A stretch of DNA of 63,091 nt, counting the filler, from Octopus bimaculoides (lineage: Eukaryota), in the NCBI RefSeq assembly GCF_001194135.2. It is 6 parts of 5 records of this genome, joined end to end, with 100 filler letters (N's around TTAATTAATTAA, not from the genome) between each part and the next. Parts side by side here need not be neighbours in the genome. Positions count along the whole stretch, not along the records: positions 37,208 to 40,530 come from NC_069000.1; positions 40,631 to 55,171 come from NC_068981.1; 4 more parts are not named here. One strand, 5' to 3'. This document shows positions 39,239-52,233 of this stretch, piece after piece. Numbering within the stretch: the first letter of the stretch is position 1; each line of letters opens with the position of its first letter. The notes beneath the pieces are model-generated. The model did not search any database and was not told the origin of the DNA. It saw only the letters and a list, made by a program, of their open reading frames with translations. Made by a program: the position numbers and the translations under genes.

Positions 39239-39539
39239 AATGGATGAGGATAGCTGAGAATGGATGAGGATAGCTGTGTGATGAGAATGGATGAGGATAG
39301 CTGCGTGAAAAAGTGCCACACCCTAACAGTTGAGGGAACCCGTGGAAGAGGTAGGCCCAGGAAGACCTGGGCTGAGGTGATGAGGCAAGACCTTCGTACA
39401 TTGGGCCTCACCGAGGCGATGACTACGGACCGAGACCTTTGGAAATGTGCTGTGCGTGAGAAGACCTGGCAAGCCAAGTGAGATCGTTGCCAGTGCCCCT
39501 GGACTGGCTCTTGTGCGGGTGGCACATGAGACGCACCAT
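39239..39539 (+). mobile_element. 5'-truncated RTE LINE 3' end
   Basis: 'MDEDSCVKKCHTLTVEGTRGRGRPRKTWAEVMRQDLRTLGLTEAMTTDRDLWKCAVREKTWQAK*' followed by the RTE 3'UTR. Confidence 0.9.
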
Positions 39540-39814
39540 NNNNNNNNNNNNNNNNNNNNNNNNNNNNNNNNNNNNNNNNNNNNNNNNNNNNNNNNNNNNN
39601 NNNNNNNNNNNNNNNNNNNNNNNNNNNNNNNNNNNNNNNNNNNNNNNNNNNNNNNNNNNNNNNNNNNNNNNNNNNNNNNNNNNNNNNNNNNNNNNNNNNN
39701 NNNNNNNNNNNNNNNNNNNNNNNNNNNNNNNNNNNNNNNNNNNNNNNNNNNNNNNNNNNNNNNNNNNNNNNNNNNNNNNNNNNNNNNNNNNNNNNNNNNN
39801 NNNNNNNNNNNNNN

Positions 39815-39847
<33 letters not shown>

Positions 39848-40488
39848 ATGATTTATTCATGATCAGAGTTGTTGAAAAACTGAGGTACTATTGTACTTGG
39901 CTGGAGGGATTGTAATATGTATTTTGTTGTGAAAAAACATGAGAAAATAATTTTGGATCCCATACCCCACCATAATTTACCCACACTCCACCAGTGGGGT
40001 ATATTCACTACATAGGGAATCACTGGGGCTAGTTTGGAAAGCATGGTGTTATTAATCAATCACAAAAGGTGTATTTCATTGAGAAGTGTGTAAAAGCAAA
40101 TATTAAACAGGATGTATATTGGTGAAAGATCACTCATCTTTGACCTTTACTATTGTCTCTCTGTATTACCCCACTGTTCAACCAGTACATATGATACAAT
40201 AGATGTGTGCAGTTCAATCTCAGAACAATAATCTTCAATTTTTCATAACAGGTTAACAGAGAATTAGTTTCACATTATGATCCATAATTATATTATTGAA
40301 TGAGCTTAACATTTAGGGTGAGTTTTATCATCTTTGATGGATGTGAAGCTCTCATCTAACACACCTAGAATATATGTTACTATAACACTGCTGCATAAAG
40401 ATGGTGATAGAAGTCAACTCCAACAGTTACTCACTTGACTCAGATTTCATACAGTTTGTCCAATATTTTACTTAAAATAATATGGTTT

Positions 40489-40530
<42 letters not shown>

Positions 40531-40631
40531 NNNNNNNNNNNNNNNNNNNNNNNNNNNNNNNNNNNNNNNNNNNNTTAATTAATTAANNNNNNNNNNNNNN
40601 NNNNNNNNNNNNNNNNNNNNNNNNNNNNNNC

Positions 40632-40748
40632 AATAATAATAATAATAATAATAATAATGGGAAGAAGAAAAAGAAGAAGTAGAAGAAGAAGAAGAAGAAG
40701 AAGAAGAAGAAGAAGAAGAAGAAGAAGAAGAAGAAGAAGAAGAAGAAG

Positions 40749-40778
<30 letters not shown>
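40632..40778. repeat. (TAA)n + (GAA)n microsatellites
   Basis: Direct reading. Confidence 0.95.
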
Positions 40779-40779
<1 letters not shown>

Positions 40780-41799
40780 GAGCTCCACGCTGAATAACAA
40801 CATGGACATGCTCTACCGGGATCTCCATACAAAAACAAATCTAATTTATTAACATCGGTGGAATGGGAAAAAGGAATCTGTGGAAGACTTGAAGGAAGCA
40901 GCATTTTAACGAAAATAATCACAAAAACACGAAATATTTCTGCCATACAAAATACAGTTTCTCCCATGCAACCGATGTCTCAGTGAAACGTGCAAAAAAC
41001 ACATGCAAAATCACCATCGGAAACTTTACAAACTATAAGATATAAGTGGAACAAAACAGTAAGTACGTAAATTGATTAATTACGCATACATTCGAATTCC
41101 TATACAATCATGTATACATATCATTACCCATTGGACTACACATACACCCCGATATTTACACAACTGCATGAAATTTAAAAGATACACATACACGCATATA
41201 AAAGCATGTGTTACAAACGAAGCAAAACAATAATAAAACAATTTTCTTCAAACTAACATAGAGTGAACAATTCATAAGTTTCAAGAGACGACAAAGAAAC
41301 TATGCTCGGAGATAAATCTGTCAACAATAAAACAAAAGGCTGATACAGATATGTTTACCTTAAGAAGCTACGTTACAAGCGATGTTTTCATTCAGAGAAC
41401 TCGGAGGTGGTGTTGTCTGAAAAAGTTAACCTTAAACTGACAGATCCGTCTCCTAATGTCAATGTCAAAGCTCATTATGCCTCGATATGACAAAACAAAA
41501 TACATACCGGATCGACCTTCACCCAGGTCAACAAGGGCTACGCACCCTAGTGAGGAACCAGAACGGGTGCAAAAAATCATCTATTGGTTCAATTTTTTCC
41601 GAAACACAGGAGCTGGAAGTACCCCATATTCGACCAGATGGCCATCCACGCTCGTCATCAAATAAATAAAAGAAAATGAATGAAAAATGATCAAGGGAAG
41701 ATAATAAAAATGTTCTTTCGGCCTTCTATCATGCCATGTATTTCTCCACTAATAAATCTAATACTGGACATACCTACCAAAACTGGAGGAAGAAGCACC

Positions 41800-43720
41800 T
41801 AGGAATAAGATCCTACATAGATAGTAACAAGATTGACAATGTCAGAAGAAACATTATGAAAACGAAATGTGTAATAAAAATATAAATCATCTCTTTTACA
41901 TCGATGATTTAAAGCTCTTTGCAAAAAATGACCAACAACTATAGGGCTTACTAGTAATTGTGAAACAGTTCAGTGATGGCAAATACGCAAAATCTACCTT
42001 TATCAAATGAAAAATGATAGAAACGGCCAACGTTAATCTCGACCAGCAGAATGTCATGAAGGAGTTAGAACCAGCGGAGAGCTACAAGCACCAGCGGAGA
42101 ACTACAAGAACCTGCGGAGAGCTAGGTGTATTTGAAGGTGATGGAATCAGACATTTAATGATGAGGGAAAGGATCAGAAAAGAATGTTATTGCAGGGTAA
42201 GTGCAATACTCAAGATAGAGATGAATACAAGAAAAAAGATCGAAGCGATCAATACTTTAGCCATACCGATCGTGACTTACAGTTCCAATATTATTAACTG
42301 GTCAGTTACTGAAATCTGTAATCTTGATAGAAAAATACGAAATATGTTGACAATACATAGAATGCACCACCTTAAGGCATATATAGAATGACTTTCCTTG
42401 CCAAGAAAAGAGGGTGGCTGTAGACTTTTACAACTGGAATGAACAATGAAAATTGCCACAATTGGTCTGAGCACCTACCTGAAAAACTCTGATGACTGTA
42501 TGTTAAAACTTGTTTTGAAGCATGAAAACAAGAAAACATCATACTCAGTAAAAACAAACAAAAAAAAAAACAGGCAAAGTAATATATAAGTGAATTCCAA
42601 CTCCAACAAATTTCAGAATTAGACGTATTGGAAACAAACACATAAAAAGTTAGGCGTATGAAAACCCGTACTTAAACTGATGCCTTATATATTCTTACTG
42701 ATAAATGATAAGAAAAACTTCTCAATGGCAAATCCCCAGAGAGCTAATAATGCCGATGTTGACAAAGGCCTTAGCCATCAATGGTTAGTGTTTTCTGACT
42801 TAAAATCAGAGACAGCCCAAAATCAATGCCTACCTACAAGAAGCTACCAGGCCAACATCTTAAAGAACGGCAGAAGCCCGACATGTCGTGTATGTAAAGG
42901 AGAAAATGATACCATTGATCATGTTGTCTCCATGTGCAGTCTTCTTGTGCCTACAGAGTATCTCAACTGGCATGATAAATCAGCACAATATTTTCACTGG
43001 ATAATTTGCAAAGATTTGGACCTGACCCATGATAAAAGTTGGGGGAACACAAACCACCGCCAGTGCTTGAAAATGACCATATCTCACTCCTTTGGAACTT
43101 CACCGTTCAAACTCACAGAAAGATGCTAATAGGCCAGACATTATATTAAAGAATTTCAGACTAAAATACCTCCTCCTCATCGATATGACTGTTACAATTG
43201 ACATGAATATATCTGCCAAGACCTATCAAAATCTGAGCAATTATAAAGATTTTGAAGCAGAAATTGGCAAAATGTGGAACCGAAAGACTAAAACAATACC
43301 TGTTGTCATAGGTGCCCTAAGAATGATATCAAAAGAGAGGCTGATTGCTAACTAGCTCACATACCAGGAAATCCAAAAACGAAAGAAATTATGAAAAATA
43401 ATGCGCATGGTACCTGCTCATATCCTGCGTAAATTATTGTCTATGGAATCTCCAAGATATTTTAATCCGTAAATAGTGTCAAAATACTTTTAAATATACA
43501 TAACAGTAAACACCTTTCACTGTCATCTTAACATTAGTCTATCGTTTTACAATAAAATTACTTTTAAATCGAACATCCAATTTACTTATGACATTCCCTA
43601 GAACAATACTTAGTGAAAAATCATATATATATATGGCACTCTAGTGATATCACCAACTTGAACTTCCAACCCGTTGCCTCTTGAGGCTGATGTGAGCCAA
43701 GTACCCAGAAACCGGCCGGT
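41800..43720 (+). mobile_element. R4/Dong-clade LINE remnant (RT, CCHC, REL endonuclease, 3'UTR)
   Basis: 'HLFYIDDLKLFAKN', 'AINTLAIPIVTYS', 'PRKEGG', 'CRVCKGENDTIDHVVSMC', 'NRPDII...LLIDMTV' and 'IPVVIGAL'. Multiple stops and frameshifts. Confidence 0.92.
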
Positions 43721-43958
43721 CCCGCGATCCTGTCAGCTGCTGGGGAATAATAGTACGGGTTCGTTCTCACTGCTAGCAATGTATTGTATATAAAGGGTGC
43801 AGAGCTGGCACCGAAAATCAGCTAGCGGAGAATCTGCCTGGAGTTAAACTAGTAGTAATATTCAATTCATTTGTCACTTTGATGTGGCTACTCGCTCTAC
43901 TGTTTAGTATACGTTACTACTATAGCTTTTCTTTAGATTTTATCACCAATATTAATAA

Positions 43959-45758
43959 CACTGGGGAACAGTTTTGTGGAAAGAAATGTCATGCTTTTTA
44001 CAATTAGTCCTACCTAATTTGATGGTGCTGGGTCCAGAAATGCCCTCAGAAACTTTCTATCACGTGAAATTTTTTGTTAAACAGGAATTCATTTTCTTAA
44101 AATAAAAAACTGTTAATTTTGCCATTAAATGCAATACTGATGTAAGAAACTAACACAAACCAAATAGTACTGTTTATTGTTTAACAGATACATTATACAA
44201 AATGTGTAATTACACATCTTAAAATTGATATTTCTGTCAAACTGGAATTTCAGCTACTCGAGGAAAGAACGTTCTCTTTGCTACTTAATGTGAGTAAATT
44301 GCATGATGACAGTCTCTTTGCAACTACCAGCAGTAGACAGCATCATATTGGTGTTCCATCTACCTTGATTTCTAGTCTCCATGTTCTCGATGTCTTGGCT
44401 GAACCTTTCTCTTTGCTCATCACTTATTGCCTTATGATTTTCAAGGAAGTAGTCCAGATGACAGTGCAGGAAATGCACATTTACGCTCATCTTGCAGTCT
44501 AGTGCTCGAAAAATGGATAACAGGGTCTGCGCAAGATCTTCATAATTTGATGGCTTCCTGTTTCCCAGTAAATCAGATACAACTGCAGTAAGAGCATCCC
44601 ATGCTTCTTTTTCAATGCCAGACATGGTCTCCAAAAATAACTCGACCTACAATAGCCACTTAATATGTGGCCCATCAAACACACCAAACTTAATTTTCTC
44701 AGAAGACAAAACTCGAAACTTTTTCCTTAAGTATTTGAAGCATCCTAGTGTTTCAACACATGTGATGCACACTATATGGGATGCCCAGGCTTTGCTTTGT
44801 CACCCAATTTCATGCTAAAGTAAGGAAGTAAGGTAAGCTTTCTTCACAAAATTTTGTTTCTCTGCCTTATCCAGAAATAAGCAGAAGACATCGGGGCTGT
44901 TTTATACATTCTCTTCTCTGACAACTGGCCATATTTCTGAAATACAAAGCATATTCAAGCTAGTTGTCACTTGGAAAAGGCATTTTCAGAATAGTCAACA
45001 GTTATGAAGTCAGCAAATGCAGATTTGTGATGGCAAAGTTCCATAAAGAGCAGACATACCATGAAATTCTTTTTACAGTTCTTTGAGCATGCATGACGAA
45101 AAGTAATCTTGACCCATGTAACTTCACACTTAAAACATTAATTGCACATTCAAGATACCAGCTTCCATAAGAAACAGTTAAAAGTTCAACAAAGCATTTT
45201 GCATCTAGTTTGCAATGATAGTCATACTAAATTAAGCAAAGTGTAGGCATTTCTACGGACAAATGCCGTAAATATGAGACATGTATGGTGTCAAGGACCA
45301 CAAAGTATGTTGTTTCATCCAATTGTTTAAAGGATATTTCTGTCATCAGCATGACACTTAAAACTGATTAGATCGAGAACAGTGTAAGTTACTCATATTT
45401 GATACTTTTTATTTACTGAAGATACTTAAATCATGACTTTTGTTTTCACTTTTGTAGTTGAATGTACTTTAAATGAAATTTTTTTTTCTGTAGTTTCAGC
45501 TCATAGATGTGGCCATGCTGATGCACCGCCGTTAAATTGAAAAACTATATTTTCAAAATTATTTCAAGCTCCATATATGGGTTCGAATTTCCTTAGAAAT
45601 GGTGACAATATCAGAAATGTTGAAAAATGGACATTTGAGTTCATATGATGTCATTTGATTTCCTTGAGCAAAATTGATTACTCTTTTGATATCAACACTC
45701 CCGAATTAATAGGAAACATGTCTCCAATATCAGACAACAAAAACACTGTTCCCCAGTG
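43959..45758 (-). mobile_element. Chapaev3-like (CMC superfamily) DNA transposon, internally deleted
   Basis: 14-bp TIRs CACTGGGGAACAGT / ACTGTTCCCCAGTG with TAA on both flanks (43956-58, 45759-61). Transposase remnant 'KFGVFDGP', 'EKEAW', 'KMSVNVHFLHCHLDYF.EN...SDEQRERFSQDI...QGRWN'. Confidence 0.85.
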
Positions 45759-46019
45759 TAATAATCCTTTTTTTTTACAATGGGCACTAATCCTGAAGTT
45801 TTATTGGAGAAGTTCCTCAATGCTGAACTGGTAATTGCCTGAATTGGTAATTATCTCAACTGCTAATTACCCAAACTAGTAATTATTTTATCGACTCTGA
45901 AAGGATAAAAAAAGTTAATATCGACAGCATTTGAACTCAGAACCTAGTGGACTGGAAGAAATGATACTACGCATACATTTGATCATAATTGATTATAACT
46001 TGCTGAAATAAGAAATACA

Positions 46020-46240
46020 TTATAACGACTTAAGTATGGAATCAATAGGATGGGAAGAATAAAAATGTAAGTTATCACACCAGTAATCATAAGTGCATTA
46101 GGGACAGCAAAGGAAAACTGCAGCAAAATATAGAGAGAAAATCGAAATAGATTGTGAGATGGAGCTATTGCAAATAGTTTGCTTATTACGAACAGCTAAA
46201 ATATTACGAGGGAAACTCGAGGACTGGATTGAAGAAAAAG
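46020..46240 (+). mobile_element. R4/Dong LINE 3' coding end
   Basis: Frameshifted 'YNDL...PVIISALG...LQ..CLLRTAKILR'. Confidence 0.7.
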
Positions 46241-46308
46241 AATGCAGAAGTAAGCGGTGGGGGTTCCTTCATAGCATAGACTAAGCTGGAAAGTGACAAA
46301 ATTAAGCG

Positions 46309-46386
<78 letters not shown>

Positions 46387-46399
46387 TTTGTCGTGGTGA

Positions 46400-47230
46400 T
46401 GATAAAGGACAAAGTGAATAGATGCTCGTGTGGTGCTAGTTCAAAGGGCTTTGAACAGAATACATTGCTTCAATCATACAGAACGCGTCATCTTGAAGAA
46501 ATAGTGGAGGGAACATCAGGAGGTGATTGCTTATGTTGAAGAAAGTAAAGCGTTTTGAGGAGAACTTTGGAACAAGCTAGTGAGACATAACGAAAGTGCA
46601 GAGCGGTTAACACAGGTGAAGAGACAAATAGTAATTAGAGCTTGCAAACGCAGATTGACTGGATTGAATGAAGTATGGTTGTATTATAAAAAAGTATGAC
46701 ATAATACTGCAAGTTGGATAAGTAAATCTATGAGTATGCTTGCAGTAATAGAAAATATGGAGAAAATAGTCAATAAACGTATGAAATACTGGAGTACTGA
46801 TTTCACTGGAAGAAAAGTGATGAGCTTGATATTAAGGAAAGTCTAAATAACATATGAATTGGGAAAAGATAAATCATCTCCAATTCATTGGTGATATTTT
46901 GCTTCATGCGAAAAATGGGAAGCAGCAGGAATGTCTTGTACATTCTCTGCATTTTCTCAAACGATGTAGAAGTGAAATTCGGGATTGAAAAGTGCACCAT
47001 ATTGATAATGAAACACGACAAATTTGAAGGAAATAATGGAGTTGAAATGTCAAATGGGCAGACAATGAAATCATTTGAGAATGTAGAGTAGGATAGGTAT
47101 TTGAGAGCACCAGAGCCAGATAACATAAGACACGAAAAGATGAAGGAAATTACGATAAAGAATTATAGAAAGAGACTGAGGAAAATATCACAATCGAAGT
47201 TGAATTCAAGAAATCATAGTGAAGCCCTAG
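46400..47230 (+). mobile_element. R4/Dong LINE RT fragment
   Basis: 'FSNDVEVKFGIEKCTILIMK...' and 'NIRHEKMKE...YRKRLRKI.QSKLNSRN'. Confidence 0.75.
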
Positions 47231-47786
47231 AAACAGTACATACCGAATGAATGATGGGGCACTCGTAACAGACCGATAGTGAACGTAGGTGATTGAGCAT
47301 TCCATTAAAATCAACAATTCGGTGGAAACTTAGAGAACTAACATTGTTCTATGTGAAAGGGAACAAATATCATGCACTGTTGTAGGAGTCAGCTGTGATT
47401 GTAAATGTACCATCAAAAGTCCAGTAAAAGGAGTACATTTATGATGTATTAATAGGGAACTTACAGAACTTGTACCCTGACTATAGACTGTCATTTGTAC
47501 TTCTTTTTAAAAATTATATATATATATATATATATATATNNNNNNNNNNNNNNNNNNNNNNNNNNNNNNNNNNNNNNNNNNNNNNNNNNNNNNNNNNNNN
47601 NNNNNNNNNNNNNNNNNNNNNNNNNNNNNNNNNNNNNNNNNNNNNNNNNNNNNNNNNNNNNNNNNNNNNNNNNNNNNNNNNNNNNNNNNNNNNNNNNNNN
47701 NNNNNNNNNNNNNNNNNNNNNNNNNNNNNNNNNNNNNNNNNNNNNNNNNNNNNNNNNNNNNNNNNNNNNNNNATATATATATATAT

Positions 47787-50513
47787 AACAGGTTGAGTAA
47801 AAAGTAAGCAACCTTTTGAACCATGAAGAACTTGTACCGAATTTTTGCAGGGTTGTAAATTATTTTGAAACATTTTTTGGCAATTGTCTCTGATTATACA
47901 GACACAGACTTGCCCAAATGCATCAACAAATTAACATTGATATTTTCCCATCGTTGTTACAATCATGGTCGACCGAGTTGATCGTTGGTGCGAAAGGTTA
48001 GTCAAAGTTGTATTTGTTATTAATTGTTGTATCTTACGACACTTCTTTTTGCTGCTTTACGGCAGTTCTGTTAACGCTGTCCACCTTGACCTTGTTTGAA
48101 AGGAGAAGCGCTGTTAAAATGGAGGGAATTAGCTACTCAGACCTATCTTCAACTGAGGAGGAGCTGGTGAGATGTCTAGACGAAATAGATAGAATGACAG
48201 AAAGAAGGAGTTTCACAGAGGCGGTGAGTCGGCAGTCTGAAGATGTGTGTTTGGAGGGAATTGAAAGATTCCAAGAAATTATGAAAATGGAGGGGAACAA
48301 AGTCAAGGTATCCCCTACCAAGGAAACTACCGTAAGGACAGCCAAAAGAACGGTGTGCTGTATAGAACATTCAACGTAAGATTGCATCAGGATAGAGGTA
48401 GCTACGAGAGCTTAAGTGCAAAGGGCTCTGTAGGCCGTTTGGAAAGAGGTGGATTACATAGCTAGAGAGAGAAAGTTCGCAACGGTGGAGGTGCGGTTTG
48501 TTTTCGAGGCTGTGGCCCGCCAGCATGCTGTTACTCCCCTCAAGACGGAAGAGGTGGTCCTTGTACCCATTTACCTGGGAAGACGTGCTCCTCGGGTAAT
48601 GGTAGAAGTGAGGTGGGTGTTGCCTGGCTGGTAGCCGCCATCCTACTTAGTATGGAGGACCAGATTGTGGTCTTCCAGGCAAAAAGAGTGCCGACAAGAA
48701 ATTGGCAAGGGCAGGACCTGGAAATGGTGATGCAGGCCGCCCCGGTGGATCTAGAAAGGATGGTGGAGACCATCAATGTTGATGGGGACATCAAGTTGAG
48801 AGTCATGGTGGAGGGCAGGACGCCCAGGTGCTTCAATATTGGAGGAAAGGTCATATTAAGGCAGAATGTCCTCCACCTAGTGCAAAGAAACCCAATGAAA
48901 AGGTTTCACCTCCACCTCTGGTGAAGTTGTCGACACGTGAGGAACGGACACAAGCTAAAAGGAAGAGGAAAACTAAAAAAAAGGTCTGAGGGACAAAATG
49001 TGAATTCTCACCCTACTCCCACCCGACTCACACTTGATTCCATTCTGTAACATCTTCCCCCTGCAGTCACCAACCTTTCCCCAGCCCCTCCTGACAGACA
49101 ATAACAGAAACAGACAAATGCCCAAAACTGCCCAACCCCCACCTCAAAAAATGTGTTTTGGTTTAATGGAAAACTGTGGGACAGAAATATTGGACATAGG
49201 CATGACAGCAGATGTCGTCTAAATTAAAGTATCTTAATTATAAGTTCGTAAAAAATGTTTTAAAAAAGTGTAAATGAAATGGCTGGGATGTGGGGTCGAG
49301 TGGCTTCGTTCTATTTCATTATTCATCTTTTTATTTTTCTCATTCGTTTTTTTATTTTCGTCCCCACTTATATGTTTTTATTTGTCCCTCTGTATTTAAC
49401 CTTTTGTAATAAAGAAATCGTTGTTACAATCACCTGAAATAGAACTGTCAAAGCCCGATATTCGAGCAATTCTTCTATTCAACTCCAAAAATAGGACGTA
49501 AAGCAACTGAAACTGCTCATGATATCAACGAAACATTTGGTGAGGAAATGACTTGAGAGTGGTCAGCTCGAAACTGGTTTAAACGATTTCGCAGTGGAGA
49601 CCTGAGCCTTGAAAATCGTGAGCGTAGTGGATGCCCAACTGTCATCGGTGACGGTAAATTAAAGACCGTCATTGAGAAAGATCGACGTAAAATCACTCGA
49701 GAACTGGTAAACGAACGTCAAATTAGCCAGGAAACTGCAACCATTTGCATGCGATCGGAAAATAAAAAAGCTCGACAAATCGGTACCACACGATTTGAAT
49801 GAAAATCAGAAAATGTGCAGATATGAAATTTGCTCGCCGCTTCTTCTCCGTAACCAGAAAGATCCCTTTCTCGACCGCATTGTAACTTGCGATGAAAAGT
49901 GGATTCTGTACAATAATAAAAATCGTTTTTTGCAGTTGTTGGACCACAATGCAGCACCGAAAACTTCCCCTAAACCGGAGCTCTTCAAAAAGAAGGTTAT
50001 GGTGTCAGTTTGATGGTGTACTGCTGGACTCAGCTACTATAACTACTTAAAACACGGAAAAACCATTACTGCAGGAACAAATTGATATGAAATTGCCAAA
50101 ATGAACGACAAATTGCTGCTACTCCTTCCGAGACTGGTCAACAGAAGAGAGTCAATCATTCTTCATGACAAAGTTCGACCAGACGTTTCACCATTGACGC
50201 TTCATATGTTGAGAGAACTTGGCTACGAAGTTCTTCCACAACCAGCTTATTACCCAGACCGTTCTCCTACCGACTACCAGTCTTTCAAGCACCTTGGTGG
50301 TTTCCTGCGAGCGAAGTAGTTAAAAAATCAAACCGATACTGAAAGTTCATTCAGAGTTCATCAGCTGCAGTACTCCAAATTTTTATGTTACCGGAATAAA
50401 CAAACTTCTAACAAGATGGCAAAAATTTGTTGATTTTAATGGTATTTACTTTGATCAATAAAATTTCCGCAATGTCGAAATATATTGTGATGAATTTCAT
50501 GCTTCAAAACGTT
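47787..50513 (+). mobile_element. mariner (Hsmar1/cecropia-like, D,D34D) pseudo-element interrupted by a retroelement
   Basis: TIR-like ACAGGTTGAGTAAAAAGTAAG after TA. From ~49440: 'DIRAILLF..GRKATETA', 'WFKRFRSGD', 'RIVTCDEKWILYNN', 'KKVMVSV*W', 'ILHDKVRP' and 'PAYYPDRSPTDY'. The right TIR falls in the gap. Confidence 0.9.
47966..49416 (+). mobile_element. ORF1-only non-LTR retroelement (HAL1-like organisation) with a 16-bp TSD
   Basis: Exact TSD ATCGTTGTTACAATCA at 47950-47965 and 49417-49432. A decayed ORF from ATG 48119 ends in the CCHC knuckle 'RCFN.G/RKGHIKAECP' (~48830-48875). No EN/RT. AATAAA lies just before the 3' TSD. Confidence 0.75.
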
Positions 50514-51258
50514 NNNNNNNNNNNNNNNNNNNNNNNNNNNNNNNNNNNNNNNNNNNNNNNNNNNNNNNNNNNNNNNNNNNNNNNNNNNNNNNNNNNNNNN
50601 NNNNNNNNNNNNNNNNNNNNNNNNNNNNNNNNNNNNNNNNNNNNNNNNNNNNNNNNNNNNNNNNNNNNNNNNNNNNNNNNNNNNNNNNNNNNNNNNNNNN
50701 NNNNNNNNNNNNNNNNNNNNNNNNNNNNNNNNNNNNNNNNNNNNNNNNNNNNNNNNNNNNNNNNNNNNNNNNNNNNNNNNNNNNNNNNNNNNNNNNNNNN
50801 NNNNNNNNNNNNNNNNNNNNNNNNNNNNNNNNNNNNNNNNNNNNNNNNNNNNNNNNNNNNNNNNNNNNNNNNNNNNNNNNNNNNNNNNNNNNNNNNNNNN
50901 NNNNNNNNNNNNNNNNNNNNNNNNNNNNNNNNNNNNNNNNNNNNNNNNNNNNNNNNNNNNNNNNNNNNNNNNNNNNNNNNNNNNNNNNNNNNNNNNNNNN
51001 NNNNNNNNNNNNNNNNNNNNNNNNNNNNNNNNNNNNNNNNNNNNNNNNNNNNNNNNNNNNNNNNNNNNNNNNNNNNNNNNNNNNNNNNNNNNNNNNNNNN
51101 NNNNNNNNNNNNNNNNNNNNNNNNNNNNNNNNNNNNNNNNNNNNNNNNNNNNNNNNNNNNNNNNNNNNNNNNNNNNNNNNNNNNNNNNNNNNNTAATATA
51201 TACTTTTGTTATTTACACCACCTGTCCTCGTCTGTTGTTATTTTTTGTATATTCTCCC

Positions 51259-51290
<32 letters not shown>

Positions 51291-51298
51291 ATAGCCCG

Positions 51299-51370
<72 letters not shown>

Positions 51371-51878
51371 AGTGTGTGTGTGTGCGAGTGTGAGTGTTTT
51401 CTGTGCTTATATATGTGTATATATTATATGTTTCTGTGTATATTTGAGTTTAAAGAACAAAAGAAAATTCAACTGCTAGGATTATATCTCTGCACTGCAG
51501 GTATAAACTTGTCTGTGTGTGTATGTGTGTGCGTACACAGACACACACACACACATGCACACACACACAGACTCACTCATCACTTACTCACTCACTCACA
51601 CGCACACACACACACATATATATATATGTGCATTCAATTACAAAATATTTTCGTGCGTTGGCAAAGATTCATTGTTAGAATGTCCTGCGGTTCAGTTACA
51701 TTGTGGAGACGTTTTCGCTTTGTTTGAATAAAAAAAAAAGAGCAGAACTAAAACGCAAGGCTTAGGCTTATTCAATACGAAATATATGTAACAAGAGAAC
51801 TTCTATCCATGGGAAGTGGTAGTTATTTTTTCACTCGTTAACATTTTAAATACTTTTATCACAATATAATAAAGAACT

Positions 51879-52233
51879 ATGTATTGGTTCTCAGTTAGTC
51901 AGGTCATTCTAAAAGCAAATGTTCACGTAATTACTTTGCCAATGCTGTTATTCCATATATGCTTGGACAGTAATGTAGCATGCAGAGAATACTATGGGAC
52001 TCGTATTCAACCTCCTGCAGCTGCCATTCCAGAAATTGACAAATTAATTCAGGCACCCAACATACAATCGAATATTGAGTGCTTTTTCCTCTGCATGACA
52101 AATTCCGAATGTGGCATGATTATTTACAGCGTTTCCAGCAAAGTTTGTATCCTGCGTAAAATCAAGCAATTACCTGGTGCTACAGCATTCATCGACATTC
52201 CTGCAAACAGTATTTACACCATTCTACAAGCCC
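51879..52233 (+). CDS. host exon encoding a hydrophobic N-terminus (probable signal) plus PAN/Apple domain
   Basis: Stop-free 118 codons in non-repeat DNA, with 'SNIECFFLCMTNSECGMIIYSVSSKVCIL' (C-x3-C-x5-C-x11-C, the PAN/Apple core). Ends in a consensus donor C|GTGAGT (phase 1). The start could be 51879 or 51942. Confidence 0.75.
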
